From Octopus vulgaris (taxonomy: Eukaryota): 64,000 nt of DNA. Of the stretch, positions 26,707 to 39,958 are shown piece by piece (positions within the stretch are counted from its first letter, which is position 1; each line of letters starts with the position of its first letter). The notes under the pieces are model-generated. The model worked only from the letters and a program-made list of their open reading frames with translations, ran no database searches and was not told the DNA's origin. The stretch is from assembly GCA_951406725.2 (NCBI GenBank), contig OX597822.1, positions 116,188,001 to 116,252,000 of the forward strand. The letters are read 5' to 3'. The translations under genes and the position numbers were made by a program.

Positions 26707-27212
26707 CTAATAACAATACATCAATCCAATTTCAATAAAAAAAATCCCTCAGAAAATAATATATCTACTATTACATTTATTGATATATTTATTATTCTAA
26801 GACCTTTTTACTCGTCTGTCTTATGTGCTCTCTGTGAGAATTGCTTTGCACTTGGTAAAACAATTCCGCTGCTGTTTCAGATAAGCAGGAATTTTAAAGG
26901 ACACCATTTCCATCAAGTTAATCTTGATTAAGGTATCATCTCTTACATCATTATTGGCTGCTCTTAATCCCATTTCTACCAACACCTTTTCTACTCTAAC
27001 AACTCTTTCTCTTTAGGACGTATGAATATTTATGAATATTTATCTTTCAGATTTATTCCTCCTGTGTCCAGTTATTTCTTAATTCACAGCCAGTTTCTCC
27101 CTATAGTTTTAAAATCAATGAATAAGCATATCTTTCCATAAATAATTGGCTTAAAATAAGAAGAGATTTTAAATAGAAACTCTAAGAGTGGCGATTTCGA
27201 AGCATTAAGCAA

Positions 27213-27860
27213 AAGGCGCAGGTGTGGCTGTGTGATAAGAAGCTTGTATTCCCAACCACTGCATGGCACCTTGGGCAAGTGTCTTCTACTATAGTGTTGG
27301 GCCAACCAAAACCTTGTGAATGGATATGGTAGTCAGAAATTGAAAGAAGCCTGTTGTGCACGTGTGTGTGTGTGTGTCTTTGTGTCTGTGTTTGTCCCCC
27401 CCCTCACTGCCCAACGACTGGTGTGGGTGTGTTTACGTCCCCCATAACTTAGCAGTTCGGCAAAAGAGACTGATAGAATAAGTACCAGGCTTTAAAAATA
27501 AGTACTGGGATCGATTCACTCGACTAAAAATTCAAGGCAGTGCCCCAGCATGGCCGCAGTCAAATGACTGAAACAATTAAGAGATAAAAGGTAAAAGAAT
27601 AAGAATGTTTTAGCAACAATGTATATTTTTCGTGTGTACAGAGTCAATATAAGTTGAAGTGGTGAGCTTTAGCACACTGGGCCAAATGCTTAGCAGCATT
27701 TCATCCATCCTTACGTTCTGAGTTCAAATTCTGCCAAAGTCAACTCAGCCTTTCATCCTTTCGGGGTCAATAAATTAAGTACCAATTGAGTATTAGGGTC
27801 AATGTAATCAACTTACCCACTACCACCAAACTTGCTGGCCTTGTGCCAAAATTTGAAACC
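27213..27860 (+). mobile_element. SINE family B (27213-27600) followed by SINE family A (27660-27860)
   Basis: aggcgcaggtgtggctgtgtg head to gactgaaac tail; then gagttcaaattctgcc..gcctttcatcctttcggggtc. Confidence 0.85.
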
Positions 27861-28184
27861 AATACAAGTTATAAGTTGAATAGGCCCTTCAAGGGACAAA
27901 AAGGTCACAACTGGACAAGAAAGAGTAAAGTAGAAAATATTATATTTCCAGTATGCTCATTATAGTTAAAAGTTTGGTATGCAAATCTTATTGCAGCCAA
28001 GAATGCTGTAAATGGGTTTGAAATCCAAAAGCCATGTACCATAATATATAAGATTTCAGCAGATTGAATACATGCTTTTCCTTTACACTAAAAAAATAAT
28101 AACCTTTACTTCCAGAAAAGAAGTTGATGTGACAAACAAAGAGTTTATATTGGGACCCATAAGCAGGAAATCAGAGGAAGTGTG

Positions 28185-28341
28185 TTGTTATTCCGCAACC
28201 GGTATGCTGTGGTACACTAGCGTTGCACAAGACAATGCTGGGTATGCTGCAGCGTAACCTGAATATCATTTTTTTCCCCATAGTTTTAGTTATATTTTTA
28301 GTTCAGGTGTGCCACGAGTGAAAAAAAGTTGTGGAGCACTA
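28185..28341. mobile_element. Short hAT-type MITE with internal palindrome
   Basis: Ends ttccgcaacc / gttgtggagcacta; gtgtgccacg subterminal motif; hairpin 28201-28258. Confidence 0.6.
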
Positions 28342-29161
28342 TTCCAGTTCATTGAAAAAAACAACAAAATTAATATTCAGACCTTATATCTCACAATGGA
28401 CATTTCTATTATTATCTCCAAACTGTTTAATTAAAACGACAGAACAATGCTATTTTCTTATGTTCAAAATATTGACAACTATTCTTTAATATTAAAAATT
28501 TTTTCAAAGTTTTTAAGAATAAAACTGACAGAGTAAAGAAAAACCGAGTAAAAGATTAGAAACTATGGATGACCTGTATTGATAAAAAAATTTTAAAATC
28601 ATTTCCATAAAGTTCACAAAATGAAATAAGATTGTGTACCTTAAGGGGAGAGTAATTGAAAAATTTTGGACTGGGACCCTTTATTGAGGAATAATAAAAA
28701 GAATAAAAATGTAGTAGAAAGCTGTAATTAGGACTAAAAAATATTTTTTAAATGTGTGAGAAAAGATGAAATTGGTGGTAAAACGTCACAGAATAGTTTG
28801 ATAAATAGAAAAACAAAAAGGTAAGTAGGTGTAGAAACAGGTTTTGAGTCTTCATGAGATAGAGTCATGAGATTAGAAAAGGATGGATGGTGTCATCAGC
28901 CGTCCAGCCATCTTCTCCACCCACTATTTCTGGGTAGGTCAGGGACTAGACTCCCTTGACACCTCATCCATAGGGTCCTACCAAGAGCAACCGACATTAC
29001 ACTTTCCAGCAGGATTGCCAAGCATGACCAACTGAAACTATGGATATTATCCAATCATCCGGTTCTTGAGTGGTCAGCATCTAATGTAAAAGTCTATTTT
29101 TGCATATCACCTTCCATGAATGGTAATTACACTTTGACCAAACAGAAATCCTACATTCATA

Positions 29162-29398
29162 AAGGCAGGAAGCTGGCAGAAACATTATTACCACGCTCGG
29201 AAAAATGCTTAGCCGTATTTCGTCTGCTGTTACATTCCGAGTTCAAATCCTGCCGAGGTTGACTTAGCCTTTCATACTTTTGGGGTTGATAAATTAAGTA
29301 CCAGTTACGCACTGGGGTCGATGTAATCGACTTAATCCCTTTGTCTGTCCTTGTTTGTCCCCTCTGTGTTTAGCCCCTTGTGGGCAATAAAGAAATAC
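29162..29398 (+). mobile_element. Full-length SINE family A with 17-bp TSD
   Basis: TSD gaaatcctacattcata at 29145-29161 and 29399-29415. Confidence 0.93.
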
Positions 29399-29919
29399 GA
29401 AATCCTACATTCATATCAGCAATAAGTGACAGGAGCCTTTTTTTCTTCCAGGGTCAGGATTGCTATCCTCCTACTTTTCCTTCCTTTTCAATATTAATAC
29501 TTCACAACCAGATTTTACTCAGATAATCTACCAACACCAAATGCTTCCCTACATTTCATTTTTATAAAACAAACTTTAACTTACTAACAGAAACAATGTT
29601 TGACTATACTACTTTCCACATGTGATTTTTCTTCTCACCTCACTTCTCTCTTCTTCTTCTCTCTCCCCACCTCTCTCTTTCTACTTATCTATCTATCATT
29701 CACACACACACACATACGCATAAATCAACTCTATTTAAATTTATCTAACAGAACATCAGTTTTAATTTTCCAATTTAGAGCAATTACAATTATAAAGCAT
29801 TCCATTCTACACTTATGATACCCATAAGAGTACATTTAAAGACATATATCAAAAAGGGAAAGTGCTGTCACTTATGAATTAATGGTTGCAATACAATGGT
29901 TGAATACTTTGAGGAGATT

Positions 29920-30090
29920 TGCAACATTTCTTCCAACTTTACATTCTGAGTTCAAATGCCACTGGACTTGATTTTGTCTTTCATCCTTTTGGAGTTGATA
30001 AAACAAGTACCAGTCGAGTACTGGGGTTGATGTAATCAACATAGCCCCAACTCCAAAATTGCTGGCCTTGTGCCAAAATATGAACACAAT
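29920..30090 (+). mobile_element. SINE family A, 5'-truncated
   Basis: ttctgagttcaaat..tttcatcctttt..gctggccttgtgccaaaa. Confidence 0.75.
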
Positions 30091-30264
30091 TCTTCAAGGA
30101 GATTTTTAAAAAGTAAACTAAATTTTAAAAATCAAGCATTTGATATCTCGTACATAGTCTTGGGACAGAGAAATGCATTTAATGTTCAAAAATTAATCCA
30201 ATAAATGCTATTCTACCCTTCAACAAAACTACATGCACATAGCTATATACATATATATATATAA

Positions 30265-30740
30265 CGACCTCAAGATGCTGAACCTTTCAGGCGAGATGAC
30301 AAAGGGCTGAGATGCCTGACGCCCTCCGGGATGTACTCAAAAACACCCATGCTCTACAACAGAAGTGTTAAGACCGTCCCTCTAGTGGTGAAAAGCACTC
30401 ATGGCAGTGCCACATAAAAGTGCCTGTGCAGTACCACGTAAGAACACCTGTGCAGTACCACGTAAGAACACCTGTGCAGTACCACATAAGAACACCTGTG
30501 CAGTACCACGTAAGAACACCTGTGCAGCACCATATAAGAACACCTGTGCAATGCCACATAAAAGCATCCACCACACTCTGTAAAGTGGTTGGCATTAGGA
30601 AAGGCATCCAGCTGTAGAAACCATGCCACAACAGACTGGGGTCTGATGCAGCTCTCCAGCATGCCAATTCTGATCAAACCATCCAACCCATCCCAGCATG
30701 GACAACAGACGTTAAATGATGATGGAGATGATGATGATGG
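30265..30740 (+). mobile_element. RTE 3' end / family C with internal 24-bp minisatellite (~6 units, 30405-30565)
   Basis: Unit gtgcagtaccacgtaagaacacct. Confidence 0.88.
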
Positions 30741-30741
30741 T

Positions 30742-31590
30742 AGGCTTCTTTCAGTTTCCAGGGACTAAATCCACCCACAAGTCTTTGGTCAGCACAAGAT
30801 TATAGTAGAAGACACTTGTCCAAGGTGTTGTGAAGTAGGTCTGAACCTGAAACCATGTGGGGCTGGCAAGCAAGTGTCTTACCCCACAACCACACTTTCA
30901 TTTACTACCCAAGGACATATAGAAATACTGTATTGAGAAAGTATTTGAAATAATGTTTTATAGTATGACAATAATACTTTGCTGAACAATGAAAAAATCT
31001 CAAGTTTGATGTTAGAATGACTATCATTTTATCAGAAAGTTCAAAAACAAAATTCAACCTTGATCCAGGTATATTGAGGGATGGAAGAATAAAGTAAAAT
31101 TAATAAGGAATTTAGCCTTATAGTTAAGACATTTTTAGGTGTGGAGAAAAAGGTTAGCAAATCTTAATGGGCAAGAGGTAATTAATTCCTATACATTTTT
31201 CTACAATATAAATCATCATTTTTCCATCACAATCTAATGTCTACTTTTCCATGTTAAATGAAATTTGTCAACCAGATGCCCTTCCTGTCATCAACCCTCA
31301 TTTGTTTCCAAATAAGGTATTATTTTCCCATACCTAAACATTTTTTGTTTGGAAACAAACAACCTAGCTTGTATGACAACCATCATGTGATGTCTAGAGA
31401 AGGACCCACACACACATACACACCCACACTACAGGCTGATTTCAGTTTCCATGAACCAAATCCACTTACAAGTCTTTGGTCAGCCCAAGGTTATATAGTA
31501 GAAAACACTTGCCCAAGGTGCCATATAGTGGAACTGAACCCAAGACCACATAGTTGGGGAGCTAGCTTCTTAACCACGCAACCATGCCTG
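30742..31590 (-). mobile_element. SINE family B heads (30742-30895, 31430-31590) and other decayed repeat fragments
   Basis: aggcttctttcagtttcc..tatagtagaagacacttg motifs. Confidence 0.7.
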
Positions 31591-32259
31591 CAGCTATAAT
31601 ATCCTTTAAAAAAAAATAACAAATAATTTTTATAAAGTTTGATACGTCAACATGAGTATATTTTTAATAACAAAAATAACAAAAAGCCTATTAGTGCAAG
31701 GAACAAAAGAAACAATAGGATGAGAAGCTACAAATTATGTGGATTAGAGATACCATTGTCTCAATCAGGGGAGGAGGAAAACTTCTCAAATATTTCACAC
31801 TTGGAAACAGCTAATAGTTGTATTAAATGTCTCTAAGTGTCAGATAATCCACAGAAAGAAAGAAAGAAAGAAAGAAAGAAAAGAAAAAAATCAAACATTC
31901 TTTTGAATAAAGATTCCCATGGCATTTTCAATGGACATAAAGGTAATTTGTCATGGCACTTCACATACTGGAAGAACATTTTCAGTGATTCCTTAACAAA
32001 AAAGAAGTATAGTACAAATAAATTAGTAACACAATTTTTACTGATGACTGGAAACTACGTAACTAACATCAATAGGTGATTCGGAAAGAATCAGCCAAGG
32101 AATTCCAATAATATAAAGAAGTTTAACTATGGCACCAAGATTGTATCATAGTGTAAATTAGGATCATGGTGATCAGTAGAAAATTCTTTTTATCTCTATT
32201 TTCAGTTCCTTCATGTAGAGGAAATCATAGCAGAATATTTGAGAACAGATTTTTACTTA

Positions 32260-33300
32260 TTTGTTTATTTAATTGGTCTGGCACTACGGGCTGTGGCCAT
32301 GGCCTTAGAAGACCCTCAAAAACCAGTCAGATCAACAAGCTTCAAATTCTCCTCCAGCAGCTGGCAAGTCCATGACTGGGTTTGACGATGTTATCATTCT
32401 TCTTCAACTATTACAAGTCAGCAGATGCAGGGAGGGAATTCTAAAGGGCCAACATTCTGGAAGGGAATGACTGGATAATGTGGTGGAGGAGAGGAGAATG
32501 GTCACAGTATGGGTCACAGTATGGGTCACAAGTGCCTGAGCAGAGGTCACATAGACTAACCAGGGCTAGAGATTGGAGATCACTGTAGAAGTAGAAAAGG
32601 CAGAAAGAGGTGTGAGCATGTTTGTGAACCAGAGGTTTCAATGTATTGGTAAGTGACTCCAATGCCATTTAGTCCTCCTCTTTGGCTGCTGTCTAGCGTC
32701 ACACTGCATATGTGTGGTAGTGACCCCATCCAGATGTAGAAGCAGTACTGCATTGTGAGTCTGATTTCAGCTTTAAGGCATCAGCAGTTGTTAAATGACA
32801 AGGTGTGGAGGCACATGGCCTAGTGGTTAGAGCAGCAGACTCGCAGTCAAGGGATCGTGGGTTCGAATCTCAGACTGGGTGATGTGTGCGTTTATGAGCG
32901 AAACACCTAAGCTCCACGCGGGTCCGGCAGAAGGTAATGACGAACTTCTGCTGCCTCTTTCACCACAACTTTCTCTCACTCTTTCCTCCTGCATCTTGCA
33001 GCTCACCTGCGACGGACGAGCATCCCGTCCAGGTGGGGAACCTATATGCCAAGGAAACAGGGAAACCAGTGCTATGAGCCAGGTGTGGCTCAAGAAGGAA
33101 CAAACAACAACAACAACAAACGACAAGGTATTTTCCGGCCCTGAAGAGAGTAACCAGGTAACCAGTCTTTGAGACATAGTTTTTTCTAAGTTGAGGATGT
33201 GCATTCATCAGAAAAGATTCTCACTATTTTTAGTGAGTTTGAATGTTTTATTTGTCTGCTGTTCATGTTTAACAGGAGACTGCATAGTAAGAGGAGGAAG
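32260..33300 (-). mobile_element. Decayed LINE (CR1/L2/Jockey-group) 3' region, interrupted by a SINE
   Basis: Minus-strand residues resembling KA.IR.TM.YC..IW and LKPLVHKHAHTSFCLFYFY; aaataaacaaataa tail near 32260. Confidence 0.55.
32805..33117 (+). mobile_element. tRNA-derived SINE with V-domain-like core, (ACA)n tail and 12-bp TSD
   Basis: A box tggcctagtgg, B box ggttcgaatc, cctgcgacggacgagcatcccgtccagg core; TSD aaa(t/c)gacaaggt at 32793-32804 and 33118-33129. Confidence 0.88.
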
Positions 33301-33542
33301 AGATGGAGCAAGATGGTGAGAAGAGGAGGAACCAGAAAGGGTTAAGAGAAACAGGAAACAATAATTAGAGCAGAGCAGCATTAGAATGAAATAGAGACAG
33401 AGAGGAGGAATTAGAGAAAAAGACTTTGAATCTTGCTGCCAATATTTATATATAAAGTAGAAACTATATATAAAAGTGTTACATTAGTACAGAATTAAAG
33501 CTATTTAGCTGTGTGCCACAGAGTCAAACTAATGGTGTAAAG

Positions 33543-33697
33543 AGAGATTCACTTAATATGCAGATTGGTATGTTTATATAGAAAGGTACTTACTGACGAT
33601 AGAGTGCAAGTGTCTGGTTCAAAGATTCAATTAATATGCAGATTGCTATGTTTATATATAAATGTACTTATTGGAACTAGAGAGAGTACAAGTGTCT
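33543..33697. repeat. Diverged ~80-bp tandem duplication
   Basis: agattca(c/a)ttaatatgcagattg(g/c)tatgtttatata..tactta..agagt(g/a)caagtgtct twice. Confidence 0.85.
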
Positions 33698-33849
33698 CCA
33701 ATCTTCTAGAATATCATAGAATGTAGGTATTTAGTGTTGTGTGCACTTGAGAAACTAAAAGTTTGATTATGATAAAAGGTAGGACGAGATCTTCTACAGA
33801 AATGGAACAAGTCAACGCTGCCTCCCACTCTTTCTCTTTCTGTATAATG

Positions 33850-34320
33850 TATGCATATATGTGTGTGTGTGTGTGAGTATATATACATATATATATATAG
33901 ATACTCTCACACACACGCATAAACATACATACAATACACAGAAAGACAAATATATATATATATACATACATGCACACATCTATAGAGAGATAGAGAGATA
34001 TATACATACATATGTATGTATATGTACATATATATACACACACATCTATAGAGAAATAGACAGAAAGATACATACATATGTATGTATACATATATATATA
34101 TACATAAATACATACATACATACATACATACATACATACATACATACATACATACACACACTCATACACATACACACACACAGAAAATGAGAGACAGACA
34201 TACAGCAAATATTTGTATGTGTACATGTGCATGTGTGTGTGTGCATCTGTGTGTGTGCATGTGTGTGTGTGCATGTGTGTGTGTGTGTGTGTGAGAGAGA
34301 GAGTACAGACATATATATTC
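33850..34320. repeat. Mixed dinucleotide/tetranucleotide microsatellite region
   Basis: Read directly from the sequence. Confidence 0.9.
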
Positions 34321-34498
34321 ATTCTTATATGAATGAATGTGGATATGCAAACAAGTAGATCAAATAAAATATTTACATTTGCTACGGTTCTCTGGATGCT
34401 CCGATTCCCCCATTCTAGTTACCATGAAATAAAATAGCTACAAATTCTATTTCAGTACTTCAAATACTATGCTACTGTTTTTTAACTTTGAGCACACA

Positions 34499-34540
<42 letters not shown>

Positions 34541-34884
34541 TACATTTATTTAAAGGAGGCAAAAATGACTGAGTACACAGGTTAAAGGACTATAAACGCA
34601 GGTGTTTTGCTGAATGAGACCAGTGTAAGTGCTTTAGTTCAAGACATATGAGAAAATAATAAGCACCTCCAGCTTCTGTCAGAAATACTCACTATAGACT
34701 ACCATCCTATCCAGGAGATGTGTCTCTCATCTGATTGATGCTACAGAAACCAGAGTTAAATAATGTCAATGGAGCATTGTGATTCATGAACTATAAGGCT
34801 CTAAATTTGCTTCAGTGTGTATTGGTGTGCATGCATGTGTATGGCTATGTGAGTGTAAGTGTAATTGTAGAAGATATGTATGCA

Positions 34885-34923
<39 letters not shown>

Positions 34924-35500
34924 AGTCAAATGTACACACACATTATATGCAGAATAATTTCTAACAATAAAATAAAGACACACACACATACATACACACA
35001 TAGATTTTAAACTGTCTGAGCGCAATCCAAACTTATCGTGTGTCTTCTTAGATGAGGTCCAGCAGGGAATCCCATTAATGTTTCACTTATATCTATTGAC
35101 TATAGAAGTCATAACAATGAGGACCCAGGAATCTTTTGGTTAGAGTCTCTTATTTTATCGTTCTCGGGATCTGCAATCTATTATGTCACTAAATTTCTTG
35201 CCCAGAGGTATTCAGACGAGAATCCATTCCCTTTCTGATTACACTACGCCATCCTCAATCCTTTTATTCATAAACATTGAAAAATAGGGGAAGAGGAATT
35301 AATGGCGTCAGTGTGATGATCAGAAATTCAAGCTTTCTCCACTCATTGCAACTGTTGGAAATGGTTGGCACCTCTCACAGTGTCTTCTTCATCTACTCTT
35401 TTTGAAACCTGCAGGCGTTGAGTGCAACTTGGAGAGGATTAACAGCAAAATTTGTTCACCAAGCAAAGATGTAGGCTTTAGAAATGTAACACTGCTAATA

Positions 35501-35529
<29 letters not shown>

Positions 35530-35532
<3 letters not shown>

Positions 35533-36340
35533 GGTTCAAATTTTGGCACAAAGCCAACAAGTTTAGGGAAAGGGGTAAGTCAGTTACAAGGACCCTGTGT
35601 TCAACTGGTACTAATTTTATTGACACAAAAAAATGAAAGGCAAAGTTCACCTTGGCAGAATTTGAACTCAGAACACGAAGACAGACAAAATAACACTAAG
35701 CATTTTTCCCAGCAGGCTAACAATTCTGCCAGCTCATTAGCTTTAATAACAAAAATAAACCTTTGTACTATAGGTACAAGGCCTAAAATTTTAGCGGGAG
35801 GGGTAAGTCAATTTCATCAGTGCTTATCAACTACAAATGGATGAAAAGCAAAGTCGATCTCAGCAGAATTTGAACTCAGGACATAAGGATGGACAAAATG
35901 AGTATTTCTGACAGAAGCAGCATCTACTATCTGATTTGGCATGGTTTCTACAGTTGGATGCCCTTCCTAATGCCAACCACTCCAAGAGTGTAATAAGTGC
36001 TTTTACATGTCACCAGCATGGGTGCCAGTTGCGTGACACCAGTATCTGCCATGACTATGATTTCACTTGGCTTGATGGGTCTTCTTCTCAAGCATGACAT
36101 AATGCCAAAGGTCTCGGTCATTTGTCATTGCCTCTGTGTGAGGCCCAACGCTCGAAAGGTGCTTTTTATGTGCCACTGGCACAGGTGCTAGTTATGCAAC
36201 ACTGGCACAGGTGCTAGTTATGCAACACTGGCACAGGTGCTAGTTATGCAACACTGGCACAGGTGCTAGTTACACAACATTGATATCAGCTACATTGTCT
36301 CCATGGAGCCCAACACTCAAAAGGTGCTCTTTATGTGCCA
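35530..36340 (-). mobile_element. Two family-A SINEs (35530-35900) and a family C copy (35925-36340) with a 26-bp x ~4 minisatellite
   Basis: Unit actggcacaggtgctagttatgcaac at 36175, 36201, 36227, 36253. Confidence 0.85.
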
Positions 36341-37224
36341 GTTAATAATAGTAATAATACAGGAAAGTATTAGATAGTTGCAAAGAACAGATAGCATGGT
36401 ACGGTAGGCTGCAGGCAGCAAGCTCACTAGGCATGAAAGACTCCAGGAGTTCCAACAAAAGCTGAGCTAAAAAGAATATTAACAACAACAACAACAATAA
36501 TGATAATGATAATAGTAATTGTAATAATAATAATATTTTAATGCTACATCAAAGCAGCATACTCTAAGTTTTGTCATATGAGATATCCTTCATTTAAAGT
36601 GTAGCACAAAGAGAGATGTACAAAGATAAATGCAAAATTCTCACTTAACAATGCTGTAATTCTCTGAGCAATCCATATTTATAGAGCTAACATTTAGAAA
36701 GGACAGCGAGTGCTTATTCAATTGTCATAAGATTAAGCTTTTTTCTTTCTGATATCTTTGCCAACATAAACAAGTTAGGACTATATTGAGTCCTTGTAGA
36801 GAGAGATAGCATGACGGTTTATGGGTAAAAAGCCAAAGAAATATAGGCCAGATCCAATGCGAAGGTATAAATTAGCACATGTTCAAAATAGAGCAAAAGA
36901 ACTCTATTGAAAAGAAACTTACTTAACTCAAACAAATTCAGTGTAATTACAATATTTTCTTAAGAGCATAAATGATTACAAACGGTTCTTCTCAATACTG
37001 GCACTTAAGAAGCTACGTTCCCTCAACCCACATTTTGACAGTTAGCTTTTGAAGTGAAACCTACAAAAGAGGCAAGTTTCAAGTATGTTCAAATAGATTT
37101 TAGGGCTGTTACATAGCCTACAGGCAATGTGTATGTGTGTGTGTGTGTGTGGTACACACATATATATATACATATATGTGTGCATGTACACACACACACA
37201 TATATATACATACATATTTATACA

Positions 37225-37262
<38 letters not shown>

Positions 37263-37325
37263 CCTTATATATATCATTATCATCATCATCGTTTAACGTC
37301 CGTTTTCCATGCTAGCACAGGTTGG

Positions 37326-37362
<37 letters not shown>

Positions 37363-37654
37363 TACACACACATACAGACCAAGAGACATATACATAAACA
37401 GATAGATTTAGATATACAATGCATGTAATTTATTTTTCCATTGCTTTAATCAACTGTTCCAAGATAACATATTGAAGAGAAAAAAAAACATTATATCTAG
37501 ACATCTGTTAATTTTTGCAACAAGTATCTGGCTTTCTATTGCAAAGAACTCAGGTGAAGTGAAATTAATAACTGCTCTCTACAAGACAGGTTGAGACAAA
37601 CAGAGAAATATGCTATGCCTTAGGAACCAACACAGAAGCAGAATTTGTTCAGTA

Positions 37655-37995
37655 TTAAGGGTAAAGATCCCTTTCAGTCATGAATGACCATGGGATTGCA
37701 CCTAGAAATTTATGCTCTGAGGCACAAGTCCAGGCAAGGCTGTTTTATGGAAGACCAGCAGTCACCCATGCATACCAGCCACCCCTCTCCATGCCACCAA
37801 GGGAAAGGCAAAGGGGCCGATACAGCTTGGCACCATTGAAGTCACGACTCATTTCTACAGCTGAGTGGACTGGAGCAATGTGAAATAAAGTGTCTTGCTC
37901 AAGAATACAACACACAACCTGATCTGAGAATCGAACTCACTACCACATAATTGTGAGCCCAACACTCTAACTAATTCTGAAGCCATGCACCTTCA
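37655..37995 (-). mobile_element. SINE family D
   Basis: Reverse complement of 59727-60052. Confidence 0.85.
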
Positions 37996-38072
37996 GCATT
38001 ATAGGTATCATTTGTATTAATGAACAAAAGTCAAAAGCTGATAATTTATTGCTTTGGGGTTGACTACCTTAA

Positions 38073-38292
38073 CTCTTTAGCATTTAATCTCACCATATCC
38101 AGCCCAAACATTCTAACTATTTTATGTTAAAACTGACCGGATCCAACCACTCACACCTACCCTACAATGCCATTCTAAAAATATACAAACACAGCATTGA
38201 AGTCTTGATGCTACAAAATAATGCGAGATTAGTTTAAAACAATGTGAATAAATAAGCAACACATTTGACAAAGAAATCAAAATGTTAAAGGG
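38073..38292. mobile_element. piggyBac-type MITE
   Basis: TTAA at 38069-72 and 38293-96; TIRs ctctttagcatt / aatgttaaaggg; second copy at 62833-63053. Confidence 0.85.
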
Positions 38293-39327
38293 TTAACGAC
38301 TGTTGCTCATTAGTTTTACAATTAATTTATTGGTTGAAGTTCAATGTTAAATATTTTCTATTAGTACAAAACAAAATGATTACCACTTACTGAATTCATA
38401 ACAAAAAATATAATTAAGCAATATAAGTTTTTGTTTCCTGATTAAATTTACCATTTCATAATATTATTTTCGAAATATAGTTCATAGATATTTAGCTGAT
38501 AGTGTTTGTCTGAATTAATTAAAGCAGGAAAGCATGCCAAAGTTCTATTCCAGTAAAACAAAATAGAAAACATCACCTACTTAATCAGAATAGTCTTTAT
38601 CATATATATATGTATAGACACACACACACACACACACGCACAGCGCAGCATGTAATGGAGAAAGTCCTTAGAAAGGCCACATGTCCAGACTTGTGTTCCT
38701 TGAAAACCATAAATAAGCTCAGCACTTGATTTTAACAATAGCCTTTGTCACACTGAACACAAACGTTTCTGGTTCACAAGCAGAAAAAAAAAAAAGAAAT
38801 AAAAGTAAGTACTTAAATTCTAATTGCTTTTCAAATAAATATAAAAATAATATTGGTTGAATAACATAAGAGAGAGAATAAAACTTTAGAAGCTAGGGTA
38901 TCAAATTAAAGTGGCTAACGCTGGTTCAATCCGCTAACTAGGTTTAGTGCTCTTGCCATTCACTTACATGGAACTAATTGCTGGTGACGGCAATTTTAAA
39001 ATACTTATTCAGATGAAAATCATTTTAATCTCTTGTGAAATAAAACACCAACCCAAATGAATCTGTTTTATTACCCCACCGAATTTATTTTATCTTAAGC
39101 TTCCCTAAAGCTGAAAAACTGGTAACAGCAAGGGCTTAACCCCACTTTTCTATGAATCACAAGATGAAGCAGTTCTTTACCAATTCATATTTGGCAGGCA
39201 ATCATTTATTGGCAAGAATACATTTCTAGTGAAACTTAGTATTTAAACTTTTAAATGTGATACTCGGTCATTCTGCCAAATAGAAGGGATGTATAAAACC
39301 ACATATATAAAACAATAATAAACAGAC

Positions 39328-39740
39328 AAGGCTGTGTGGTTGGGAAGCAAGCTTCCTTCCCGACCACATGGTCTTGAGTTCAGTCCCACTGTGTGGCACC
39401 TTGGGCAAGTGTCTTCTACTATAGTCTCAGGTCAACCAAAGCCTTGGGAGTGGATTTGGTTGACGGAAACTGAAAGAAGCCTGTTGTGTGTGTGTGTGCG
39501 TGTGTGTGTGTGTGCGTGTGTATTTGTCTCCCCCACCCCACACACACACACATCACTTGACAGCTGGAGTCAGTGTGCTTTTGTTTACATCCCTGTTACC
39601 CAGCAAAAGAGACAGATAAAATAAGTACTAAGCTTAAAAAAAGGAAGGTCTGAGGTTGAGTTGCTCGACTAAAAGCCTTCAAGGCGGTGCCCCAGCATGG
39701 GTGCAGAGAGGTAACTGAAATAAGTAAGGGATAAAAGATA
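39328..39740 (+). mobile_element. SINE family B
   Basis: ggctgtgtggt..gttcagtcccactgtgtggcaccttgggcaagtgtc..aaggcggtgccccagcatgg. Confidence 0.85.
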
Positions 39741-39958
39741 TCATACACTTAATACTTGTTTCTGGTTTCAACATGATTTTCACAATCCGTATATTCCATC
39801 AAAGTTTCTGGCCTCAGTTGATGGACCAAGTTATACATCAAAATAATTCATAAGAAGAATGAAAATACATAACACAAATAATGGACCTTCTAATGAAGTT
39901 CAACTCAGGCTGACAAACTAAACCCTTTTTTTACTGTTTATTTAGTGTGCTGGATCTA

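Noticed and set aside
28201-28258. Pre-miRNA-like hairpin
   Set aside because: Explained by the internal palindrome of a hAT-type MITE.
30405-30565. CRISPR-like regular repeats (also 36175 and 48741)
   Set aside because: No unique spacers, embedded in retroelement 3' ends, eukaryotic context, no cas genes.
32041-32062. ctgatga-ctg-gaaac-tac-gta hammerhead-core look-alike (also ctgatgag at 7972, 18579, 41563)
   Set aside because: No helix I/II pairing, or GAAA missing.
32810-32880. tRNA-like sequence (also 9600 and 59735)
   Set aside because: A/B boxes belong to SINE heads followed by body, tail and TSD; no closed acceptor stem.
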